Notes under the pieces: model-generated
What the model saw: the letters and a program-made list of their open reading frames with translations, nothing else
Told to the model about the DNA's origin: nothing
Database searches by the model: none
Shown: piece by piece, positions 26,788 through 36,950 of the stretch
Layout of the letters: each line of letters opens with the position of its first letter
Position numbering within the stretch: the first letter of the stretch is position 1
Virus record (IMG/VR): IMGVR_UViG_3300017914_000750
Coordinates: 1 to 64,000 of that record
Direction: 5' to 3' (one strand)
Length of the DNA: 64,000 nt
Source: a virus
Taxonomy: Duplodnaviria > Caudoviricetes
Made by a program: the position numbers and the translations under genes

Positions 26788-27456
26788 TTAGGCATTGTAT
26801 TTTGAATCTGGCTCTAATGCAATAAAATACTCCAAGTCAACATCTTTGTTGTTGAAGTGTGAAATACCTTTACTTGATACAGAAACCTCATAATTTCCGT
26901 CAAGGACTTTCAAGTTTTCAATCTTGAAATTCATTGTATAAGATACTCCATTTCCTTCACCCACGATTCTTGAGAATGTGTTTGAAGTTGTATTCTTCTT
27001 ATCAGTTACTTCTAACTTGATAGTTGTTCCGTCACTCGATAGAATCAAGTCATTAACACCTAGAACACTTGCAGCTTTCTGTAGCTCACTTAGTAGTGTT
27101 GAAGATATATCAATTACAATCTCTGCGTCAGGCATTGTAATCATTTTATCGGGTGCAGTAACCATACCTTCACTTGCATAGAAGTATGCAAGACTTGAGT
27201 TGTTATCTGCAACAGTCAAACTTGAATCACCGAATTGAAAGTCGGGGTCGTCTAGTAAACTAGTTGCACCCAAAAACTCAGGCAAGTTATAGATACTAAA
27301 ATCTTGAGGGAACGATTCATCTACCGTTGCCACTGCAAGAATATTTTTCATTTGGGAAATGGTTTCCAATTTGTTACCACTCTTAACTCTAATCCCCGAG
27401 TTAATAGTTGAGAAATTTTTGAAGATATTCCTCGTATCATTACTAATTTTCATCAC
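26788..27456 (-). CDS. gp45: Sliding clamp
   Basis: KNFSTIN, IY.L.EFL, YFIALE. Confidence 0.95.
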   Translation of the reverse strand: MMKISNDTRNIFKNFSTINSGIRVKSGNKLETISQMKNILAVATVDESFPQDFSIYNLPEFLGATSLLDDPDFQFGDSSLTVADNNSSLAYFYASEGMVTAPDKMITMPDAEIVIDISSTLLSELQKAASVLGVNDLILSSDGTTIKLEVTDKKNTTSNTFSRIVGEGNGVSYTMNFKIENLKVLDGNYEVSVSSKGISHFNNKDVDLEYFIALEPDSKYNA

Positions 27457-27746
27457 TTGTTAGCCTCCTTTACATGCGTATCGTGATTATATAAAGCAAG
27501 GAATCCATAGTGAATGACTTTTAATATGTCTGCACGATTGTATCCGTCCTTCTTACCATACCTTTGGGCATACTTAAGAATGTTACCAATACAGAATCCC
27601 TCTCCGTGACCACCGTCCATGATAAATTCAGTTGCCTGAAACTTATCTTTGGAATAATGTTGGTCGTAAGTCTTGTCTACATATTGAGAAAACTCTTTTA
27701 AAAGAGCTTTCTCATTGTATTTGTAGTCAATCTTTTTATTAAACAT
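27453..27746 (-). CDS. DUF3310-like protein
   Basis: HYS, GFCIGNILKY..RYGKK; own promoter AAAACCCAG-TTGACG-17-TATAAT (27754-27782). Confidence 0.75.
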   Translation of the reverse strand: MFNKKIDYKYNEKALLKEFSQYVDKTYDQHYSKDKFQATEFIMDGGHGEGFCIGNILKYAQRYGKKDGYNRADILKVIHYGFLALYNHDTHVKEANK

Positions 27747-28992
27747 TGTCTTCATTATACTCTGAAGTTTCTGTTTCGTCAACTGGGTTTTCCTCATTGA
27801 GGTCAATCCCAGCATCGATTTTTGAGTAGAGGTCAAGAATAGAGTTTCTTGTCTCTTCGTCAAATCTTGAAATGCACATTTCAATAGACTTGAGTCTATC
27901 TTTGAACATTCTGAAAGCATTCACAATGTGAACCAGTCTTCTAGTAGTAACAACATCATCGATACCACCTTCGTAGTATGTTTTTCTGATTATGTCAGCC
28001 CAGTCGACAAGTTTATCAGTGAACTCGGAATCAACCTCACCAGTCAATCCCATTTCTTTCTCAAGAATTTTCTTCTCAGTTTTCACTGGTGGATATTCTT
28101 GTTGCATTGTGATTGCAAATCTTTCCAACATGGCTTCGTTCATGATTTGAGTTCCAATGAACTTTCCATCTTCGGAACCTTGTCCTTTAGTATTTGCAGT
28201 TGCAAGAATCGTGAACCCAGCTTTTGGAGTCACCCACTCACCAGTTTTCTTGATTAGGTAACCTTTACCTTCAAGAACTGATTGTAAACACATTAACTTG
28301 TTAGAACCCAAGTCAACTTCGTCAAGAAGAAGGACTGACCCTTTTCTCATTGCTTTGACAACAGGGCCTTCTCTGAAGACAATGTTACCATTGACCAAAG
28401 TATGACCACCCATTAGGTCGTCCTCATCAGTCTCAATAGTAATGTTGACTCTGTAAAGTTCTCTCTTCAATTGAGCACAAATTTGTTCAACCATTAAGGT
28501 TTTACCATTACCACTCAAACCAGTAATGAATACTGGGAAGAATATTTTAGACTTGATTATGTTCTTGACATCTTTGAAATGTCCAAAAGGAACATAGTTT
28601 GACATTTTCTCGGGAATGATTTTGACATTGTCGTCAAGAACATTCACGGACTCAGTTGCAGCTGCAACAGGCATGTTATTTGGAACTGCCCTGGCAGGAA
28701 CTGCCACTGGTTGTGGTGCAACTGGAGTCTCACCACCGTGAGAATATCCACCGTTGTATCCACTGATTACAGCTTCAAGGTTGAAGAGAACAGACCCATC
28801 GGGTTGTTTCTCTTTGAAAGGGAACCTAGAGGATTTCACCCAGTAAGGGAGATAACCATTGGTTGCCTCTTTTATCTCACCCCTCGTAAAAGAGGTTTGA
28901 TTAGGATAAGCACCGACCAGTGCATCAATCACTTCGGTCTTATCGGGAGTAAGGGGAAAATCCTTACCATTTACAATTATTGATTTCTTCAT
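27739..28992 (-). CDS. cobS: CobS/MoxR-like AAA+ ATPase
   Basis: GLSGNGKT, LLLDEVD, TANTKG, ERF. Confidence 0.9.
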   Translation of the reverse strand: MKKSIIVNGKDFPLTPDKTEVIDALVGAYPNQTSFTRGEIKEATNGYLPYWVKSSRFPFKEKQPDGSVLFNLEAVISGYNGGYSHGGETPVAPQPVAVPARAVPNNMPVAAATESVNVLDDNVKIIPEKMSNYVPFGHFKDVKNIIKSKIFFPVFITGLSGNGKTLMVEQICAQLKRELYRVNITIETDEDDLMGGHTLVNGNIVFREGPVVKAMRKGSVLLLDEVDLGSNKLMCLQSVLEGKGYLIKKTGEWVTPKAGFTILATANTKGQGSEDGKFIGTQIMNEAMLERFAITMQQEYPPVKTEKKILEKEMGLTGEVDSEFTDKLVDWADIIRKTYYEGGIDDVVTTRRLVHIVNAFRMFKDRLKSIEMCISRFDEETRNSILDLYSKIDAGIDLNEENPVDETETSEYNEDNV

Positions 28993-29021
28993 ACAGTCTC
29001 CTTTTTCATCAATCTATACAT

Positions 29022-29477
29022 CTATGCTATCAAAAAGCTGGGGTCATTGTCAAGGCCAAAAAATAAATTTCTGTCTTTGAACGGGACTTTACACTTTGGA
29101 TAATCCTTTAAAAGGTCTTCACCTTTTACAAATCTCACTTTCACTTTAGGGAAGTCTATAATATCACATGCAATATATGTAATTGTTTTTGCATGGGCAT
29201 GAGCGAGGTCTTCATCTAAACTTCTACCTTTTCCTATCATATTCGAAGGTGCAAAATTTAAACCACCCTTAGTGAAACATTTTTGGTCATACAAATTTCC
29301 TTCAGTGTCAACATGGTCATGTCCTCTTCCGTCCACAAAAGTTAAATGTGGATACCAAACACAAAGTTGTCTCTCAAGAAAATGAGAAGCAAGTCTCCCG
29401 TCTTTTAAGATTTCATGTATGTCCTCTTCATTGAGGTCACCAAAAGATATGTTTTTTATTTCGTAATAATCTGTCAT
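29022..29477 (-). CDS. Hypothetical protein, possible PD-(D/E)xK nuclease fold
   Basis: E...GHD.VD...YDQK pattern; weak. Confidence 0.5.
   Translation of the reverse strand: MTDYYEIKNISFGDLNEEDIHEILKDGRLASHFLERQLCVWYPHLTFVDGRGHDHVDTEGNLYDQKCFTKGGLNFAPSNMIGKGRSLDEDLAHAHAKTITYIACDIIDFPKVKVRFVKGEDLLKDYPKCKVPFKDRNLFFGLDNDPSFLIA
29024..29056 (-). promoter_or_regulatory. Early promoter
   Basis: GCC-TTGACA-ATGACCCCAGCTTTTTGA-TAGCAT; near-identical to the copy at 32137-32169. Confidence 0.75.
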
Positions 29478-29743
29478 TTTATTGGTTCTAATCTTTGTCC
29501 CATTTTCTTGACACATTTGATTTCACCTTTTGCACTTTTCTCAGTTAGGTATTTCTCACCATTGTTTACCCATGTTCTGAATGCAAAACATTCAACCTTT
29601 TCTTCTTTACATTCATTGTATCTCTCACAATTGTGGAAGACACAAGGACTTGGCCCAACTTCCATAACTGCATCTGCAAACTTAGAAAAGTCTTGCTGAA
29701 CTGGAATGTAATAAGCTGGGTCTACTCTTAACGGTTCTCTCAT
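29474..29743 (-). CDS. Small Cys-rich protein
   Basis: PC...NC....EC....VECFAF. Confidence 0.65.
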   Translation of the reverse strand: MREPLRVDPAYYIPVQQDFSKFADAVMEVGPSPCVFHNCERYNECKEEKVECFAFRTWVNNGEKYLTEKSAKGEIKCVKKMGQRLEPIK

Positions 29744-32130
29744 TATGCTATCTCCTTAATAAATTCATTAGTCAAAAATCTAGAAGTCGTTTTAGACTTT
29801 TGGTTCTTTTTGAAAGCTGACATGATTCTTGATTTCTTTGCATCAACCAATTCGTCATCAAGTTCATCACTTCCTTCAACTCCAATCTTTGAAGCAGCTG
29901 CAACAAACAATTTGTTGTATCCGTGAGCTTCAATGACACAACCACCGTTTCTTGCGTCCTTCCAGTTTTGGTCATACCATGTAGTGTTGTAGTATGAGTC
30001 ATCGACAAGTTGGAACAACTGAGTTGCATCTGCTTTCTTACTGCAGATAAAGTATCCAGTGATTGTAGTATTTGTTTCTTTACCTAACCAGTGTAGAAGG
30101 TTCTGAGTAACTTTGAAATCCATACTACCCCAGTCACTACTAGTTTCTTGTAGAGGGTAAACTTTTCTAGAGTAAGGGTCAATCATTTCTCTAATTCTTT
30201 TGACTCTCCAGCCGTCTGAATCACCCAGCTGTTCCTTCTCTGCTTCTCTCTCGTCATTGTCTTTCTTCAAGCACTCAGCACTATGTGAGTATCCATCAGT
30301 GATTACTGTTAGGATTGATTTCTCAATTGAATACTTCTTAATGAAATCTCTCAAGTGAGTTCTCATTCCAACAATACTTGCATCAAGTGGTGTTCCACCC
30401 AAGTTGTATCTGTTTGGAATCACATCACTAGGAACTGAAGTCCAGCCGTCCTCTTTGTAGATTGGGTCTTGACAACCTTTGAACCAGTCGTCATATCTTT
30501 GAACTTTCTTTTCCCAACCTCTTCCCCAAGTGTTTAGGTATTGAGTATAGAAGTGGTTGTAGAAAGCACAAACATTGACTAACATTGCTTTGTAATCTTT
30601 TGAACTCATCTCGTTAGAGAAAATCTCAATCATTTTACTAGTATCAGAATCCCAGTCATAATCGTTTCTAGCTGTGATTCTATCTGAGAACAAGTAAACT
30701 CTATGTGGAATGTTTACTTTTCTGCAGAACATTGTAAGAATGATTGTTTGTTCTAGAATGTCTTGAACCTCATTACAGATTGAACCACTCCAGTCAACAA
30801 GAATGTTGACACCATGATTCTGTCCGTCAGGCATAAGAGTTGTTCTTTTGAAAACATCGTCAACAATCTGATACTTTGCAAGTCTGTTCATATCAAGTTT
30901 ACCAGTCTTACCAGTAAATGCATGGACAGCTCTTTGTGCAGTTTGTCTCATTTCAAATTCTTTTGCCATGTGCATGACAATTGATTTGTTTTTTCTTTCA
31001 AGTTTTCTTGCAGTATGTCTTGCTCTGTTTACAGTAGATACTTTGTAGTCATTGTCATATGAATCTTCTTCAGTATTGTTGTAATACTTGTCCATATCTT
31101 TCATGACATCTTTGTAAGAGTAAACCATGTCTTTGAAGTAACCATTCTTTTTGAACTTCTTAGTTAGGTCAATCTGATACTTAATGAAGTTCTCATCTGA
31201 AATGAATTGTTCTTCATTGTTATGTGCATTGTGTTCAGTGATTGATTCTCTTGCACCGTCTTCGTCATCGAACTGGTCGGGAGTAGCACCACCACCTTTA
31301 CCAGCAACAGAACCAGTAGGTTTGTTATCGTCTGCTTCTTCTTCAGTTTCTTCTTCACCAGTTGACTTAGCTTCCTCTTCACCGTCTTCTTCAGACTCTA
31401 CCTCGGGAAGTGAATCTTCTTCTTGTTCTTCTTCGTTGTCTTCGTAAGACTCACCCCAAGACTCATCTGAATCTTCGAAGTCTTCGTCTTCGTCCTCGTC
31501 TTCTTCTTCGTCACCAACATCAAACATTTGAGGAACTAACTGCTCGTCAACCTCAGTTCTTGTTTCGTTTTCTTTTGACCACTCATAGATTGCAGTTGCA
31601 CATTCTTCAACCTCTTCCCAAGTCTCACACTTCATTGCCCAGTCAAGGAAGAATTGTTCTTCTTTAGTAAGAGTAATAGAAACTCTAGAACCACATTTAG
31701 TAATCAAGTTGATTTTGTCAATCAATGAACATTCTTTAGTAAGGTCTCTACCTTTGACACCAAAGAAATCCATATCCATAAGTTCATTGTATGCAGTGTA
31801 GAAAGATTTTCTAAGGCCTGGATATTTGTTCTTGATAATTCTCTCAATCCTTACATCTTCTACAACATTAAGATATCCTTTTAGAGTTCTGTTTTTAGTC
31901 ACTGCAGAATGCACACCTTCATATGGTGTATGCAATGCATGAGAAACCTCATGACCCATAAACAAGTCATAAAGTTCGGGGGAAATGTCGTCCTTAAGAA
32001 TAGGGCAACATAGTAATCTATTCTTCAAATCGAAGTATGCAGTAGGAACCTTTCTATGAACAACAGTAAGATTCTCTGTTGCCATTAGTTTTGCAAGGTT
32101 GTCTTTTTGGTTTGTTAATCTCTCATTCAT
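29743..32130 (-). CDS. CobT-like protein (HExxH metallopeptidase-like domain, acidic linker, VWA domain)
   Basis: HEVSH, NVVEDVRIE, acidic tract, DWSGS, GGTPL, ITDG. Confidence 0.88.
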   Translation of the reverse strand: MNERLTNQKDNLAKLMATENLTVVHRKVPTAYFDLKNRLLCCPILKDDISPELYDLFMGHEVSHALHTPYEGVHSAVTKNRTLKGYLNVVEDVRIERIIKNKYPGLRKSFYTAYNELMDMDFFGVKGRDLTKECSLIDKINLITKCGSRVSITLTKEEQFFLDWAMKCETWEEVEECATAIYEWSKENETRTEVDEQLVPQMFDVGDEEEDEDEDEDFEDSDESWGESYEDNEEEQEEDSLPEVESEEDGEEEAKSTGEEETEEEADDNKPTGSVAGKGGGATPDQFDDEDGARESITEHNAHNNEEQFISDENFIKYQIDLTKKFKKNGYFKDMVYSYKDVMKDMDKYYNNTEEDSYDNDYKVSTVNRARHTARKLERKNKSIVMHMAKEFEMRQTAQRAVHAFTGKTGKLDMNRLAKYQIVDDVFKRTTLMPDGQNHGVNILVDWSGSICNEVQDILEQTIILTMFCRKVNIPHRVYLFSDRITARNDYDWDSDTSKMIEIFSNEMSSKDYKAMLVNVCAFYNHFYTQYLNTWGRGWEKKVQRYDDWFKGCQDPIYKEDGWTSVPSDVIPNRYNLGGTPLDASIVGMRTHLRDFIKKYSIEKSILTVITDGYSHSAECLKKDNDEREAEKEQLGDSDGWRVKRIREMIDPYSRKVYPLQETSSDWGSMDFKVTQNLLHWLGKETNTTITGYFICSKKADATQLFQLVDDSYYNTTWYDQNWKDARNGGCVIEAHGYNKLFVAAASKIGVEGSDELDDELVDAKKSRIMSAFKKNQKSKTTSRFLTNEFIKEIA

Positions 32131-32136
32131 AAGTAT

Positions 32137-32169
32137 ATGCTAACAGAAAGCTGGGGTCATTGTCAAGGC
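32137..32169 (-). promoter_or_regulatory. Early promoter, leaderless transcript
   Basis: TTGACA-18-TAGCAT-6-ATG. Confidence 0.75.
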
Positions 32170-32173
32170 TTGA

Positions 32174-32389
32174 TTAGCCGTGTATTGACGGGGCTTGTAG
32201 AGCATCGTCAAACATTAATTTAATTAAAACATCAATATGGTCGTCATCGTCTTTAGAATAAACGACTTTTTCTTGACCGTAATCAGAAGCGATTTTATCG
32301 ATTACACCCCATACACCTTTATCGGCATAGAGGTCATATACATCATTTGCAATATTGTCTGCAATGATATCATTTGAAATGTGACTCAT
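32174..32389 (-). CDS. Hypothetical early protein
   Basis: AGGAGG RBS; promoter TTGACT-18-TATGAT at 32418-32447. Confidence 0.7.
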   Translation of the reverse strand: MSHISNDIIADNIANDVYDLYADKGVWGVIDKIASDYGQEKVVYSKDDDDHIDVLIKLMFDDALQAPSIHG

Positions 32390-32450
32390 AATTCCTCCTT
32401 TTTCACAATATAGTATCATCATACTATAAAGCGGGAGGCATAGTCAAGGC

Positions 32451-33251
32451 TTACTTTTTAGTAATTTTTAAGAGGTGTTGTCTCCATTCGTGTTTACTTC
32501 TATGCGTTGCATGATAATTATTACGAATGACATCATAGGTGGGAGTTATCAATTCTTTTTTGACTGAGTATTCGTTGTGGTCTAAATTTTCTATTGGTCG
32601 TTGTGTTGCAGATTTGTTTATATCGTTGGTGAACCAAAATGATAATGTATGTCTTGAACACCTTCTCACTGGAAACACTCCATGTTGGTGATAGATACCT
32701 TGAAATAATAATGCATCTCCTGTTACCCTTTCTCTAAACATAGGATTACCAGCAGATTGCCAACCCATAGGATAATAATCAGTTGGTGGGAAATATGTTT
32801 CTCCACCCCCGTGGTCGTCATTTAGGTATACTATACAAGTCCATTCTCTAGAAGAACCTCTCAATCCTTTTTCAATCTTAACATCGTAATCGGGGTCTTC
32901 GTCTTTTTCTGTATCTGAATAAGTATCGAGGTGTGGTGTTTGAACTCCACCAACAGGCCACTCGTTGATTGCAGACATTTCAGTATAATATACTGTATCT
33001 GTTGCTTTATAAATTTCGGATATGCAATGATTTTCTACTTTTTGAAATAATTTACGAATACTTTCATTTAGGATATTCATTCTACGAATACCCCAGTAGT
33101 CTGACCCGTCTCCTAATCTACGCAGATGCTTGTGACTTTGGTGCCACCGAATCAGTGTCTTGCACTCCTCCTTCGTCAGAACTGGAATCAGTTTGTGATT
33201 CCACACTTTGTTGTTCTTGGAGGTATCTAGCAATTGCCATTCTTCTTTCAT
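32451..33251 (-). CDS. 2OG-Fe(II) oxygenase (prolyl-hydroxylase-like)
   Basis: HLD, YLNDD..GGET.F, HGV, R..LSFW. Confidence 0.85.
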   Translation of the reverse strand: MKEEWQLLDTSKNNKVWNHKLIPVLTKEECKTLIRWHQSHKHLRRLGDGSDYWGIRRMNILNESIRKLFQKVENHCISEIYKATDTVYYTEMSAINEWPVGGVQTPHLDTYSDTEKDEDPDYDVKIEKGLRGSSREWTCIVYLNDDHGGGETYFPPTDYYPMGWQSAGNPMFRERVTGDALLFQGIYHQHGVFPVRRCSRHTLSFWFTNDINKSATQRPIENLDHNEYSVKKELITPTYDVIRNNYHATHRSKHEWRQHLLKITKK

Positions 33252-33753
33252 AATCTAATCTCTTTTTCATTTCTTTTGGTCTAGCTTTTAATGCTCTTTC
33301 AATCTTAAGTCTAGACGCTCTTTGAAGAAATATAATTCCGTTTAGGTGGTCAATCTCATGTTGGACACACCTAGAACCAATACCGTCTAATTGTAATGTC
33401 TTTCTTTCTCCTTCTGCATCAGTGTAATCAAATTCTATCACCTTTGCTCTTTTTATCATTAAGTATATATCGGGAAAAGAAAGGCACCCTTCTTTCATCA
33501 TTTCAGTCTCTTTTGATAGTTTTGTAATCTCGGGATTAAAGAATGCTTTGGTTCCACTATCTGCAGTCTTCATTACAAAAACTCTGTAATCTAATCCTAA
33601 CTGATTTGCAGATAATCCTATACCACCAAACCTATCCATTGCCTCTGCAAGGTTCTTTTCTATTTGTATAGGGTCTTCGGGTGGATTTTCAAAGTCAAAC
33701 TCTGAAGTTGGATTTCTTAATACTTTACTTGCTTCTTCTACTAACTCATACAT
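33118..33753 (-). CDS. def: Peptide deformylase
   Basis: GIGLSANQ, EGCLS, QHEIDHLNG. Confidence 0.96.
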   Translation of the reverse strand: MYELVEEASKVLRNPTSEFDFENPPEDPIQIEKNLAEAMDRFGGIGLSANQLGLDYRVFVMKTADSGTKAFFNPEITKLSKETEMMKEGCLSFPDIYLMIKRAKVIEFDYTDAEGERKTLQLDGIGSRCVQHEIDHLNGIIFLQRASRLKIERALKARPKEMKKRLDYERRMAIARYLQEQQSVESQTDSSSDEGGVQDTDSVAPKSQASA

Positions 33754-35222
33754 TACAAACTCACCTCAACTGGAATATTTTTTACATCTGATATTTCAAC
33801 ACCAAAGAAAGCCATGACTGCTTCAAACATTCTTTTACCCATGTTTACAATCTTACTTAATGCTTTCTTTATATTTTTCATTACATTTTGAATGACCTTT
33901 TGGAATTTCTTCCATGTTTGTTGACCTATAGATTTTGCCCAATTACCTGCTCTCTTAATCATATCAAAGGCACCTTCTTCTAAGAAGTCTTCGGTTAATA
34001 GGGTTTCATATCCGTCTAGTGTTTGTAATTCGTTTAGAACCATGTCTTTCATTGTGTCTATACCATAGTTCTCTTTGAGTCCTATTCTCATTGTAGAGTA
34101 TGCTGGAGAGTCTCCACCACCTTTTTTGAATGCAATGTAAGGGTTTATCTTACTTGCATAGTCTTTGATTATTTTATCATTGATAGAAGTGATAGGTTCT
34201 ACTACAACCTTTTGACTACCAATATCAAATTTACCTAATAAATTTGCAGCTGCTGGGCCTTCACTAAATTTTACATTACCCGTTGAAGCTTCAAGGACAA
34301 CATTCAGTGAGAATAGTTCATTTACTTTTGAATTATTATTTAGGTATGAAGATAAAACTTCTGATAGTTCTCTATTATCTTTATCTTTCTTTTGGAAATC
34401 TAAAATTGCTTCGTCTGATTCACCGTCTTTAACTCTCTTATTAAGAGAAGTAACAGTTTCAGTTGTAATCAACTTATCCATTTTCTCTTCCATTTGAGAT
34501 ATCAAACCCTTTGCAAAGTTTTTGTTTTCACCCATTTTAGAAAGTGCAGCTCTTACCGTTGCAATAGATTCTCCTTTTGCACCCGACATTAATTGTGAAC
34601 CACCAGCTTTCTTAAGTGAAATCTTTTCTTTAAATTTAGAACCAGCAATATCTGTTTTAGGTGTAGTATTACTTGCACCACTATCTTTATAAATTTTTGA
34701 TATTGCATTTGGAATACCACCTTTACCAGTGGATACTAATTCATTCTCTCTTAGTTTCTTATTAAAGTTTTCTGCAATACCTTTTGCAATATCTAGATAT
34801 AATGGAAATGATTCTGCAGTCTTTACAACATCTGAATCTGTTTTTGCACCATTTAATTTGTTGTATTCATATATGATAAGTTCTTCCCATTGAGCTCCAC
34901 TTGGTTTACCACCACCTTCTTTTACATGATTGAAGTATGCAGATTTATATCCTGCTGAACCTTTGACATAGAATGTCTTACCGTTTGACTCTAGATATTT
35001 TTCGTTTGTTCCTTCTTCGTCACCAATGAAAATGAATTTTTTAGTAGGAACTACTGCAGTAAATATATCACCGTGTTTGAATCCTTCTTTATCCATTTCT
35101 TTAATTCCACCTTTATACATAAACTTATGACCAATAACATAGTCGGGTTTAAGTATAGAAGCCTCTGCAAGGTTTAATTTAATATCCTTGGTTGGGTCTT
35201 GGAATTGTGAAAAAGTTTTCAT
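33753..35222 (-). CDS. Late hypothetical protein, likely head-internal, with a nuclease-like motif
   Basis: MKTF N-terminus; PKTDI...ISLKK; late promoter 5 nt before the ATG. Confidence 0.6.
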   Translation of the reverse strand: MKTFSQFQDPTKDIKLNLAEASILKPDYVIGHKFMYKGGIKEMDKEGFKHGDIFTAVVPTKKFIFIGDEEGTNEKYLESNGKTFYVKGSAGYKSAYFNHVKEGGGKPSGAQWEELIIYEYNKLNGAKTDSDVVKTAESFPLYLDIAKGIAENFNKKLRENELVSTGKGGIPNAISKIYKDSGASNTTPKTDIAGSKFKEKISLKKAGGSQLMSGAKGESIATVRAALSKMGENKNFAKGLISQMEEKMDKLITTETVTSLNKRVKDGESDEAILDFQKKDKDNRELSEVLSSYLNNNSKVNELFSLNVVLEASTGNVKFSEGPAAANLLGKFDIGSQKVVVEPITSINDKIIKDYASKINPYIAFKKGGGDSPAYSTMRIGLKENYGIDTMKDMVLNELQTLDGYETLLTEDFLEEGAFDMIKRAGNWAKSIGQQTWKKFQKVIQNVMKNIKKALSKIVNMGKRMFEAVMAFFGVEISDVKNIPVEVSL

Positions 35223-35234
35223 AATACTATTTAT

Positions 35235-36950
35235 CTATTCTGCGATACGACTGAAGTTTTTATATTTTTCAAATCGTATTACATTCTCAAATTTGTCATA
35301 TAAGATATCACCTTTGTGAGATATAACGAATGCATTTGTATTTTCTGTAAGTGTGTTCAACATTTTCATGAACTCGTCTGTTCCAGCAGCGTCCAATGAA
35401 GAATCAAATACTTCGTCTAAAATCAATAGATTAGTGTTCACTGAGTTCTTCATTCTTGCAACTGCTCTCCATGTGAATAGTAGTGCAAGGTCAATTCTCA
35501 TTTTCTCACCTTGAGAGAAGTTCTCATATTTGAATACATCTCTAAATCTAGATTTGATTGTTTCGTCAAACGATTCGTCCAGTTCAAATCCTACATAAAA
35601 TTCTAATTGTGCAAGATACTTATTAATAAGCTTATTCATAATAGGAACATACTGTTTAATAATCTTTTCTTTTACACCTTGGTCTCTTAATAGAAGAGTT
35701 GCAATTTCTAGATAATGACCATGTTCAGATAAGAACTCCTTCTTTCCTTGAAGGATATCTAAATCGTCTTCTGCCTTTGTTACCTCGTCATGTGTATCAG
35801 AATTACCTTCTACTTCTTGTTTAAGGTCTTCAATCTCACCTTGTAGTTTGTTAACATATTTTTGATTAGATACAATTTCAGTTTGTAATAAACCAACCTC
35901 TCTTTGTATCTCGTCTATTTCTGCTTGGACATCGTTGATTCGTTGGATTTCGTCATTGAGTTCTTGGACTTGTTTGTCAAGAGTTGACACCGCCTCCTTG
36001 ATTTCTGAGACCTTATCCTGCTTTTCCTTAATGCATTTCTCTTTGTGTTCACCAGTTAAATCCTGTTTACATGTGGGACAGTTGTCGTGGTTTTCGTAGA
36101 ATTCAATATCTGCAATTGCTTTCTTTCTAGCTGTTGCGAGTGATTTCTCCACTTCAATCGTTTGTTGCAATCTAGTTTCCGTAGTATTTTTATCCGAGAT
36201 ACTGGATTTTTTCTCCACCACATTTTGCGTCTTTTCATCAACTTCTCCTAATAGTTTGGTAATATTACCTTGGGTTTGCTCTATCGTTGATTCGAATTTA
36301 GAGATTTTTTCTTCTCTATTTTCACGGAGTGCATTAAGTTGACTATTCAAACCATTGATTCTTTCTTCAAGAATTGCAATTTCATGTTGATTCTCTTTTG
36401 TATCTAATGCATGATTAGATTTTCTTTTCCTCAACAATTGCATCATAGTTGTAAATATGGTTATATCCAAAAGGTCTTCTACTAACTTTCTTCTATCTTT
36501 TGCTCTTAACTGCATGAAAGGAGTAAAGTTTGCAGAACCTAGGATTGCCACTTGAGTAAAAGAACGATAACTCATTTTGAGTATGTTCGATTCTAAGTGG
36601 TCTTGATAGTCACGGACACTGGCGTCTTGGTTAACCATAATACCATTACACCATAGTTCAAACTTATTAGGTTTGGTTCCACGAACTACTTTGTATTCTT
36701 TTTTACCGATTGTGAAATCTAATTCAACTAGTAAATCTTTTTGATTGATTGAGTTTACGAGAAGGTCTTTCTTTAGATTACGAAAGCCTTTTCCATACAA
36801 TGCATAACATAATGCATCTAATAAAGTAGACTTACCAGCACCATTCTCTCCAAGGATTAATGTTGTTTGGTGGGTGTCTAGTTTTATTGTGGTAAATCTA
36901 TTTCCCGAAGATAACAAATTTTTGTATCTTACTTCTGTAAATTTTATCAT
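35235..36950 (-). CDS. gp46: Rad50/SbcC-like recombination ATPase
   Basis: GENGAGKST, CPTC hook, FSQGEK, LDEVFD. Confidence 0.97.
   Translation of the reverse strand: MIKFTEVRYKNLLSSGNRFTTIKLDTHQTTLILGENGAGKSTLLDALCYALYGKGFRNLKKDLLVNSINQKDLLVELDFTIGKKEYKVVRGTKPNKFELWCNGIMVNQDASVRDYQDHLESNILKMSYRSFTQVAILGSANFTPFMQLRAKDRRKLVEDLLDITIFTTMMQLLRKRKSNHALDTKENQHEIAILEERINGLNSQLNALRENREEKISKFESTIEQTQGNITKLLGEVDEKTQNVVEKKSSISDKNTTETRLQQTIEVEKSLATARKKAIADIEFYENHDNCPTCKQDLTGEHKEKCIKEKQDKVSEIKEAVSTLDKQVQELNDEIQRINDVQAEIDEIQREVGLLQTEIVSNQKYVNKLQGEIEDLKQEVEGNSDTHDEVTKAEDDLDILQGKKEFLSEHGHYLEIATLLLRDQGVKEKIIKQYVPIMNKLINKYLAQLEFYVGFELDESFDETIKSRFRDVFKYENFSQGEKMRIDLALLFTWRAVARMKNSVNTNLLILDEVFDSSLDAAGTDEFMKMLNTLTENTNAFVISHKGDILYDKFENVIRFEKYKNFSRIAE

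Noticed and set aside
31320-31520. TCTTC-rich low-complexity tract as a DNA repeat element
   Set aside because: It encodes the Asp/Glu-rich linker of the CobT-like protein.
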